A stretch of DNA of 60,017 bases, filler included, from Sphacelaria rigidula (lineage: Eukaryota): assembly GCA_964200075.2 (NCBI GenBank). It is 9 parts of 9 records of this genome, joined end to end, with 100 filler letters (N's around TTAATTAATTAA, not from the genome) between each part and the next. Parts side by side here need not be neighbours in the genome. Positions count along the whole stretch, not along the records: positions 46,760 to 53,338 come from CAXNAA020019243.1; positions 53,439 to 60,017 come from CAXNAA020019244.1; 7 more parts are not named here. One strand, written 5' to 3'. Position 1 is the first letter of the stretch. Every line of letters begins with the position of its first letter. Positions 50,767 to 60,017 of the stretch are shown in pieces. The notes under the pieces were generated by a model. The model had not been told where the DNA came from, did no database searches, and saw nothing but the letters and a program-made list of their open reading frames with translations. Position numbers and translations under genes: made by a program.

Positions 50767-51020
50767 TGGAGAGGGACTATGTCGTGGGTACACAGAGTTC
50801 GACTTCACGGTTGACGAGGGAAAGGGATTGCTGATCCTCTCTCGCGATAAAAAATAAAGGTAAGCACCGCAGAAGGAAGGTGGACTACGAGTACTAAGAA
50901 AAATAAAGGAGAACTTGTGTGCTGACCTTTCTCCTGTGTGACCCCGGCTGGTGCGCCCACGTATACCGGAAGGTGTAGACCGACGTCCAGAACCAATGGA
51001 ATGACTACGCAACAACACAG
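50767..51020 (+). mobile_element. SINE-like family C
   Basis: tgtcgtgggtacacagagttcgacttcacggttgacgagggaaaggg...ggtgtagaccgacgtccagaa. Confidence 0.85.
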
Positions 51021-51158
51021 ACGGTAATTTGTGCGGATGGGTACCCGACAGAATTGGCGATGGAGGCGAGGCGCACGTTGAAACAGAGTGCACCATTGTC
51101 GATTCCACACTCCACACACGTTTTACACGCTCTCTGGATCATGGAACTTACAAATTAG

Positions 51159-52513
51159 TAGGGCTGTGAACTGACTGCTCTGACCAGTTAACTGGCCGCG
51201 CCAGCGGCCAGTACATCGATTGCTTTCCAGTTGAACGGCTTCGGCGATTAACTGGAAAACAATCGGCAGCGAGCGGCGAAGACGCGAGCCGCCGACGCCC
51301 CCCCCCGGCTGGTGAGGGGGCCCCGCGGGAGCACCGAGGCGAGAAAGTTGCTTTATTTGGCTCCTTTTTCCTTCAAAAATGTGGGAAATTGTAGAAAATG
51401 TGACCCCTCACATTGAGGAGCTTGAAGTCTTGGATGCAACAGGAGTGCCCAAAAAGAAACCTCCGAGACCCTATGTACCCCCCCTCCCCTCCCTCCCCCC
51501 CCGGCGGTCGGAGGATTTTTTTTTCTTCACATCAAGAAACACTCAATAAATACCCATTTGGGGGTGAGGTAGCGCCCATGATTGTTGGCCCTGTCTGTCA
51601 CCACAAGATGCGACGCACATTGGACGCAAATTGAAGGTGCAGATAGATGCGTTGAGCTTGATCGAGCAAGCATTGCAGAGCATTGTGGTATTTGTCTGGT
51701 CTTGCTCTTGTGGTGGAAGTGTGATGTGCAATGTATTGCCGAAACCCATGAATATAACTTGGTCTTATCTGGCTCCGGAGGTATGCAAAGAATTATAGCA
51801 TACTTTTCTCTTTACTTTTTAGGTTTTTTTCTTTTTTCTTATTTCTTATTTTTTTTATACATATGGGATTTAGTAAGCCCCCCTCCCACCCCGAAAATCT
51901 CCAGGATTAAAAAAAGGGGCATAGGGTCTTTGATTGCTTTCTTTGGGCACTCTCGGATGACATTCAAATGCCATTCAAAGCGGTGAGCGACTCGAAAACC
52001 GTTAATTTGTAATATGCAGCAGCATACTCTACGTGAGGAGAGGAGGATGCAAACAAGCCAAGGCTGGCAGCACGCGGGAATAAGAGCGCAAAATGATTCA
52101 CGTCCGGACCCACAAGCACGGATGCAGTTCAATTGCAAGCCATGGTGTACTTTGAATTTTGTGGTCGCGGATTACCGTTTTTTTTGCTATTTTTGATCCC
52201 AGATGTGCTACGAGTATGAAACGACAAACCTGGCATGTATCCGCAATATCACTTCGAGGTGTAGTGACCACGAGTACTGTACTGTACTGTCTGTACCTGT
52301 ACTGTTGTCAGATTCAGACCTCAATCCTACTGTCATTTTATTCGTCATCATGTAAGCATTTTTGTTATACACTCATCCCCAAAATGGTATAAACATAGCC
52401 GGTAACGGCAAACTTCAAATAAACTGGATAAACTGGAGTCCTCATCACCAGTTCCAGTTGAACTCCAGTTCCAGTTTAACTGCCAGTACAAACTGGTCCA
52501 GTTCACAGCCCTG
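51159..52513. mobile_element. non-autonomous hAT element (1355 bp)
   Basis: TIR tagggctgtgaactg / cagttcacagccctg; perfect 8-bp TSD CAAATTAG (51151-51158, 52514-52521); AACTGG/CCAGTT subterminal repeats; internal inverted repeat ~51425-51970. Confidence 0.92.
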
Positions 52514-52527
52514 CAAATTAGGCTTAA

Positions 52528-52629
52528 CCCTTAGACGGTGAGGGTAGATCACCTGCTGAATCGGCATCAATATTCACTTGAAAAAATTATGCTTGATTCA
52601 GATGGACTACCCGCACCGCGGTCTAAGGG
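52528..52629. mobile_element. 102-bp piggyBac-type MITE
   Basis: TTAA|cccttagac ... gtctaaggg|TAAG. Confidence 0.6.
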
Positions 52630-53338
52630 TAAGGCATAATGATTGGAATCACAGCTGGATGTTATTTTTTTCTTGAAAATATATTTTTTGCAACTTGTTA
52701 AATTTTTTGGAACTCACAATGGAAAAATTATCCTTTGCAATTGACGGTTTTTGAGCAAAGATATGGTGATGGTTTACAGCTCAGACGCAACAACATTCAC
52801 CAAATGCGTAGTTTTTAGACCCGTGCGAGTGACAAGTGGAACAGAATAAGGTTTCCTAGTCACCGATGTGCTGTATCAGACCCTGGAACCCATTGCTGTT
52901 TTTTTCATGGAATGTTTCATAGTGTTTTTGCTAATTATTGTTGATGGATACAATTGGATACACTTCATCCGTTGCGTGGTATGATTGGACAAACATCACC
53001 CTACCTCTCGAGGGAGGACATTTTTCCTGCACCCGCCGCGTGTGCTACTGGATTCTCCTTGGTCTTGCATTATAAAATGGTTGCCGCCGGCCTTTTCCCC
53101 TTCCATTTTTTCCTCTTTGCCAGGGCTTCTCACAATGAAGCGTTTGGCCCCGGGACAGGAGGAGAGGGTTTCAAAACGGTTAAAGGTCGGAAGCGTTCGT
53201 ACGAAGTGCTACCTCGTACAGGCTAGACCGCCCTAGACGCGGACAGGGATGTGAACACACGATTATGAAGCTGAATTTTGGGTCGTTTTCTATAAAACTT
53301 TGACACGATGTATAGGACGTATGGACGAAGACTCCATT

Positions 53339-53438
53339 NNNNNNNNNNNNNNNNNNNNNNNNNNNNNNNNNNNNNNNNNNNNTTAATTAATTAANNNNNN
53401 NNNNNNNNNNNNNNNNNNNNNNNNNNNNNNNNNNNNNN
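53339..53438. other. artificial contig spacer
   Basis: N44-TTAATTAATTAA-N44. Confidence 0.98.
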
Positions 53439-53494
53439 ATGAGCCTCTTTTTTCGTGCAACCAAATACCCCCCCCCCTATCGTAGGATGACTCA
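53439..53494. mobile_element. MITE family D, right end
   Basis: atgagcctcttttt...ccccctatcgtaggatgactca. Confidence 0.75.
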
Positions 53495-54014
53495 TTAGAC
53501 AGTTAGGTCGTGGCGTACATGAGCACTTACATCGTCATGATGGACAGGGAGTATATTAGTTCATTTTTTGTTATTTTGACGTGAAGAAGAACATCAGCCA
53601 CCCAGTGCGTGCTCGACGTACGTACGGGCCTAACTACGGTTGGACCCGTTGTCGTGGCAAGTGTTGAACGCCTCGCGAAATGCGTTTTTGTGGATATGTA
53701 CGGAAAATATGGCCTGTTGTTTGCGCATGCCATGTTATTGATACATATCACTGATGTCCATTCTCCAATTTTTGTTCAACGTGTTCGTTTGCGCAGAGCT
53801 TTGAGTCGCCAACTACCTGCCGGGCGGTAAATACACAGCAAGTGCGTGAATAAGTATATTTAATCAAAAATATAATCGGATCAGCTGATGTCTCAGTTAT
53901 TCCGTTCTCTATTTTCGCGTGGATGACGGTGCCCCGCCTCAACCGTCTTTGAAGCAGGGCACATTCACACTTGACTTTTCCCCAGTTTTCGAGTGTTCTG
54001 CGGGCGTCACTTAC

Positions 54015-54089
54015 CTTCATGTCCATCCTCACCCTAGCGGCGATTACGTGGACGACAACATCCTTGTTGGGGACCTTCGAAAGCATCGC
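54015..54089 (-). CDS. GPA1: G-protein alpha subunit exon (AMLSKVPNKDVVVHVIAARVRMDMK)
   Basis: gtctag| acceptor, |gtaagt donor, 75 bp phase 0; continues the two upstream exons through the beta6/G5 region. Confidence 0.8.
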
Positions 54090-54382
54090 CTAGACAGAGG
54101 AGCCAACGGTAACGGCGGAAGAGCGTGGAAAACAATCGACGGCAGGTCCCAGATAAGTACTTACAGACGATAGCCTTAACAAAAACAATATATGGCGTGC
54201 ACATACTACAAGGTATAGTGGAAGTATTCACATGTTTCGGAGTACAACACACTTCTTTGGGTGATAACCAGACACGGTCTAGCCCGCCAGATGAATCGAG
54301 CAAAAAGCACACTGGACACTTTCTATGATAACCCGTCCCCAAAACCAGCCCAGAAGTGTAAAAACAAAACGGCCATACAGTG

Positions 54383-54570
54383 CCTGATGTTTGGGTTCAG
54401 GCTGCATGAAGCGCCTCGTATGGGCAACATTGGCAACAACGAACCCAAGCGTGGGAATTCCCGCTGCTCGTTGTGCTCGACTTTTTCCATTTCGATTTAC
54501 GTGAAACTTTTGCCTTCGCAAACGAGGCACTTGTTTTTTTTTGGGGGGGGGCATCGTAGAAAGTGTCACT
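54383..54570 (+). repeat. dispersed repeat family B (intronic)
   Basis: colinear with 4470-4655. Confidence 0.85.
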
Positions 54571-54965
54571 GAGCAAACTGGATCACGAACAGGAATTGCG
54601 GCCGAAAACGAAGGTCCATGCACATCGCGAAGACCTTGAACTGATGAAGGCAAGCATCAAGAAACATGTGCTGCGCGAACCAGATCGTGAGTGAATGTGG
54701 AAATGTGATGCAATCTTAGGTCACCTCGGAATCTTGTTCATGTGGCCTCGCGCGATGAGCCAGAAGTACCAATTTCACCTTTCAACCTCATGAGCATTGA
54801 TCGTCCTCAGATGAACCCTTGGTGGATGACTGAAAATATATGAAAAGCAGCTAAATTACAGAGATGCCTTTCGGGTACGGGACACGAGATGCATGGAGTA
54901 CAGGCATCTTGCTGTAAGAGATGATTTTCGCAGACGTCGGGAACGATTCTCAGCTATAAATATCG

Positions 54966-55391
54966 TACATGATTTTACAAGTTGGGATGGATTTTTATTG
55001 GGGATGAAAACGCGAAGGATGAAAATCTTCGTATACACACCAAATCTTTGAAGTATGCTCCCATTTCTCAACTTGCTGGTAGCCCTTGACAACTACTACG
55101 CGCCATACAAATTTGGATTTCGAAAACCGAAATGTCGGGATCCTAGGTGAAAAACCAATGTTGGTGTCCAATCGAATCATCTAAATCCCCCTAAAAATGG
55201 TTTTTCACCTAGGACCCCGACATTTCAGTTATCGAAATCCAAATTTGTATGGCGTGTAATAGTGGTCAATGGCTACCAGCAAGTGAAGAAATGAAACCAT
55301 GTTTCGAAGATTTGGTGTGGGTACGAAGATTTTCATTTTCCGGGTCCTCATCCCCAATACAAAACCCATCCCCAATTTGTAAAATCCCGTG
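54966..55391. mobile_element. ~425-bp hairpin MITE in G-alpha intron
   Basis: gattttacaagttgggatgg...cctaggtgaaaaacca pairs with tggtttttcacctagg...ccatccccaatttgtaaaatc. Confidence 0.85.
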
Positions 55392-55929
55392 TTTACAGCG
55401 TCGGATCGCACCACCGTGAATGGCTGATTGGTGAAATTGTTTCAAAAAGAGTTCCGGCGCCCAACACGTCAAGTTGAAAATAAATTTCAGGTATTCGAGG
55501 TCAACACAATGGCAATGCTGTGTACCATCGCCGCTATTCATACAATGTGCACACAATAATGAGACCGGGTGATCGGGGGACGGGTGCGGTAACAGCCTGA
55601 ACGAAAGCGTGCGTATGTGCCGATCGTTTTATTCCCTACCCTCCGTCGTACCTGTAGTATGTCATCGAACATGCTTGAAGATTATCTTTCCCAAATGAAT
55701 TCGCTCAAGGGGTTTTGCTGAAGCAACGCACATACCCTCTTGCGCTTGGTTTCTCCGCTTTGTACGGTAGTCATGGATAAAGCCTTGTAACATCTTACAA
55801 CCTCCATGTAGGATAACATATCCATCCCGGATATTTTTCTACGAAACTGCATCCACCCGTGGTATGCATCTAGAATATCATTGTCAACATCGGACGTCCA
55901 TCTGAATTTCGGACATCCATCGAGGAAAT

Positions 55930-56090
55930 AATAAGGCAAGTACCACAGAAGGAAAGTTGAGCACCAAGACAGAAGAAAAAAGAGAAGGAGAAAAATTCCT
56001 GTGTGGCCTGTGACCCCAGCTGATACGCCCACATATACCGAAAGGTGTAGACTGGCGTCCAGTATAGATTTAATGGCAGCACACACAAAA
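55930..56090 (+). mobile_element. SINE-like family C, 3' fragment
   Basis: ggcaagtaccacagaaggaaagt...tgtgaccccagctgatacgcccacatataccgaaaggtgtagac. Confidence 0.7.
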
Positions 56091-57183
56091 CAACCCAATG
56101 CAATGTCCCGGTGGGATGCCCATCTGGGAGTTCCACCTGGGGGGATCCACTGGGACATCATATCCTAATTGGATGTCCCATTCGAATGAATCCCCACAGT
56201 AATCCATATTTCAGTCGGATGCTTACATCCCAATTGGACATTACGTTTCAGATGGATGACTATTTCCCAAATTGATATCCATTTGGGAATGGTATCCGCG
56301 ATGAGATCTCCATATCCCAGATGGAGGTTACGCGACAATACTAGACCGTACCTAGGATCAAATTATCAACCAAATGTCTTGGATCACCTTTCTTTCGTCT
56401 TGGAACGAGACGTCCCTCCGTTTCTCCACTCGGAATAACCTTTAAATTTCTCTCGAACTGTGGTGTACGTCGTTCCCTTCAATGTGCACACTGTTCCCGT
56501 ACCTCATGGACTGCTTCTGCAGTTCGAAAAATGCCTCACGATTTTACCCTCTACTATTAATCATCGAGTTTTCTACTTTGCAGGAGGAAAAAAAGAATGA
56601 TTAAACATGTTTAATATTTCTATCCCACTCTAAACCCTTCTCCTTCGTCGGAACGAGCCCATGGCCTCAAGGAATCAATCCATCTCTCGCCGGTACACGT
56701 CTACCATTTTGGTCTCGCGGTTGGATCATGATTAGCACCCCCGCACACCGTCAACTCTCGTCACACAAACATAGCCAACTGCTTTTTGTCTACTCACGTC
56801 CTCACGTTTGCTTTCGACAGTGGAAATCAGATATTTCAAAGGAGAAACCCAACCCATCGGGAGTCGACACCACGTTCTCTCCACCTTAAACGTGACAAGG
56901 CGGACTATGAGACCACCCGGGCGCGGCATGTTCCAGTTGTCAAAATGCCTTTTCAATGCGTGTACTGCATGCTCACCTGTGTTGCAATTATAGCCTCAAC
57001 AAGCTATCAATAATACATTATCCGCGTAGATCAGGGCATGAATAAGCATGAGCATCAGCAGGAAAACTCTAGGTGAGCCTGATTTCTTTGCATTTTGGCA
57101 TCCAGGCGAATAATGTTGTTCATATCATGGTCTGAAGAGGTATGGTAAAGTTGATTCGATATTCTTGTATCGAAATAACTTAC

Positions 57184-57270
57184 CTCCTTGTACATCTTTT
57201 CAATGTACCGCAACGCCGGCATCGACTCCCCCTCTGGCCCGTCGTACTCCGGGAAGCACGTCTTCAGGCT
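57184..57270 (-). CDS. GPA1: G-protein alpha subunit exon (SLKTCFPEYDGPEGESMPALRYIEKMYKE)
   Basis: matches G-alpha L..CFPEY.G...A..YI; aaag| acceptor, |gtaagt donor, 87 bp phase 0. Confidence 0.9.
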
Positions 57271-58067
57271 CTTTGAACGAGAAGAAAATGCAATGGAGCG
57301 TAAAATATATGTGCGGCAATCAATTAGCCATTTACTTGTGGTTTGATGCGCGAAACAAATGGGTCGATAAATCGATGCTTCCATATAATCTGCTCTTTGC
57401 AGGTTATCTGTTGCTCAAATAGACGTACCCAAGATACCTAACCGGGGGAACTCACTGAATGATGCTCAATAAAGGGGAGGGGAGATGAAGAAGGAAGAGA
57501 AGACGAACAAAGTGAACTTCGGGAGGGGAAAGAAGAATTCCCGGCTCGATCGTTATCGCATGATTGTACACAGAGTTAACAGGTCATCGCATGGTTGTAC
57601 CTGCAGGTGGCCTCGTAGACGTCGGGCAAGCCGCAGACGTACCGATCCAACGGTTGGAACTAACATACGGTACATTTCATTTCCCAGTTGTCGTGATTCA
57701 AGCTTTGGTCACAAGGGACGAAAACAAAACGTGTTCGTTATTGTCTTCAATATCTGACTCGAAGTAATTTCCCCCTAACAGTACACGCCAGAAGGTTTCA
57801 ACGGCTCATCGGACCTTTGACGTGCTCATGTTCTCTATTTTTGACCTTGCAAATCCTTCAACGAGCAGTTTACTGGTGTGCAAATACGTGAACCTACTAT
57901 TTGTTTACCCCTTCGCGCCCCTCCGCTCCCAAGACGTATAATTAAATTTGACATATTTCTTCTATGTTATTTTGTCATTCCCACGCTTCCCCCCTTTTCC
58001 CCATAGAAATTGGACAAACTCAAGATCTGCGTGTCTCTCTATCTTTCCCCCTTTTTTTTCCACTAAC

Positions 58068-58214
58068 CTTCGTCGTGATCATTTCCTCAAAAAGGTCCTT
58101 CTTGTTGAGGAACACGAACATTGGCGTCTTCTCGAAGATAGGATTCCCCGCTACTTCCTTAAATAAATTGAGCGACTCGTGCATCCGATTTACGGAGCTG
58201 TCTTCAAACAAAAC
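58068..58214 (-). CDS. GPA1: G-protein alpha subunit exon (VLFEDSSVNRMHESLNLF...FLNKKDLFEEMITTK)
   Basis: switch III NRMHESL.LF and G4 motif FLNKKDLF; gtgcag| acceptor, |gttagt donor, 147 bp phase 0. Confidence 0.93.
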
Positions 58215-59753
58215 CTGCACGCCCACGCGAAGGCATGTCATACGGCTGTGCAGTGTGTGCAACGATGGAGAACCATGTTTTCGTGAGATTGAGAGCCTAG
58301 GACACGATTGAGAGTGAGAAGCGGTCAATAAATTAATAAATTTAGTTCAGTTCCGAAATAACCCTTCGGACCTTACACGGGGCCCGATACGCTCTCTTTA
58401 GTAGCTTGCCACTGAAGCCTTCGATATCCCTGAGTAGGATATCGACGTGTAGCTGTAAGCACACACGACAATGTTGCCGGCAAAGAAAAACACCCACAAA
58501 AAGATGAAACATTGGTCAAGTCTCGATCAACGCTCGGCTCTCAGTCTTACGAAAACATTTTTGAAGGAAATAATAATACATAAGGGAGGCGACGGTAAAG
58601 CACACATGAACGTATGAGAAGCAGTATTATCGGTGTAAGAAATGAATAGCTGAGCGGCCTGTGCTTCTACATTCGATTCCAGGAGCTGTTTTCGAGCAAC
58701 GCCTACTGAGCACGCACGTACTAAATACAGACATGTACACCCAAAATCGACGCCCTCAAGACATGAGCGTACAAGATAGCAGTGTGTTCGACGTGTGGTT
58801 ATCTGTGAAAGAAAACGCGATCTCAAGGAAGAGCAACGAATGGAAAACGACATAACTATCGCCCGGTAACGATGAAGCTCTTGTTGTGTGCACCTTTTTT
58901 TCGTATCTGGTGCAGTGAAAACGGAAATGGCTAAAGGTCGACAGGGACTTGCACATACAGGAAGCAACATTGTCGGAATTCGAGGAGTACCGCTGTGGTT
59001 TTGGGCGCAGATTCCGGTTCAAACAGCCGCTTCCATCCTACAAATTGCCTGTGAATTTGTCGCTAAGTACCTGCAAGCGAAGCCGGGTAAGTTACAGCAA
59101 CGTTGTGCGTAGTTTACATTGAAGCAAACGATGTGGTTGACAGAACTGGCCCGTAGGGTCAGCGAGCGTCCGACGTATGTAGACAGAGCTGCGTTGGGAA
59201 GAGAGCGAAATGCCCGCATAATATGAATAACGACCTTTGTAAGTATGGTCATTAGAGCTGTTCATAACTCCGATACTGAAGAGAAAGATGGCGTCGGTAT
59301 TGTTCCAATTAACGTGCCATCTCTGAGTCCGAAGATTCTGATTTCGATTCCATACTCAATTTTACCAGCCCATTTATTCAGACCCGTGGTTCTGACAAAC
59401 TTGTACAATTGCGGTTTGGGGCATGACACATGCTCTAAGAAACTTACGTGCCCATTAAACCTGTGCGTAGCTGTTCTGGGTTCGATGGTCGGACGATAGA
59501 GTTCGGTGTGTGGTATGGAGGTAGGGAGGAAACGCTGCACGCATCTACTACTACTAAAAATGTTTTGGCCTTAACCTGTTGGACCCCATGCCTCTCTTCG
59601 GAACAATACTGTCGTCCGTCGTTCAACGCCGACAGCCGAGATGCTGTAGTTCATGTCGTCGTTCATTATTACCATCACCTCCGAACCGTGCAACATAAAT
59701 CAGACTGCCCCCAACCTTTTACACGTGTAGTGGTTTGTATACCTTCATCGTTT

Positions 59754-59955
59754 TGAGTCATCCTACGATAGGGAGGGAGATTTTGAGCCACTTCTTGCAC
59801 GAAACTCAAAGTCAAATCGTCGTTAAAAGCAGCAACTGTTGCTCAAACGAGCTTGTTATAGATACACAACGCTCATTCATACTGATAGACACCGTTTTGA
59901 ACCGAATACAAGCGCACCGCGAGTTTGGCAGGTCGTCTGACACACGTATGAGCCT
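59754..59955. mobile_element. MITE family D, left part, interrupted by an LTR-like insertion
   Basis: tgagtcatcctacgataggg... colinear with 33507-33700 until atgagcct. Confidence 0.8.
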
Positions 59956-60017
59956 TGTAGCCAAAATATACCAAGGCGTAGTGAATGTAGCATGTAGGAT
60001 CCTGGATGATGACCAGG
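59956..60017 (+). repeat. start of an LTR variant related to 38124-38580
   Basis: begins TGTAGCC where MITE D similarity stops; ggatcctggatgatgaccagg is identical to the minus strand of 38187-38207. Confidence 0.65.

Overview
This window is eukaryotic, repeat-rich genomic DNA, most likely from a brown alga (Phaeophyceae). That assignment is inferred from a stramenopile-type G-alpha, short exons in long GT-AG introns and the TE types present. It is not one locus: nine contigs of 6580/6579 bp are joined by 100-bp artificial spacers (N44-TTAATTAATTAA-N44), so adjacency across spacers means nothing. Best-supported content: three in-phase exons of a heterotrimeric G-protein alpha subunit; one casein kinase II beta-like exon; a degenerate Ty1/copia element; a degenerate Ty3/gypsy element with its 5' LTR and a WVDD RT motif; two non-autonomous hAT elements with perfect 8-bp TSDs; a hAT transposase remnant; many hairpin MITE/foldback elements; and a tRNA-derived SINE family. 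Most ORF-track entries are noise. I found no clear-cut new multi-gene system. The most unusual structures are head-to-head palindromic tRNA-like SINE heads, an LTR family with a shared hairpin-rich 3' end, alternative 5' parts and no canonical PBS, and an inverted-repeat unit capped by outward-facing telomere-like repeats. All homology calls are from motif recognition by eye; no searches were run.
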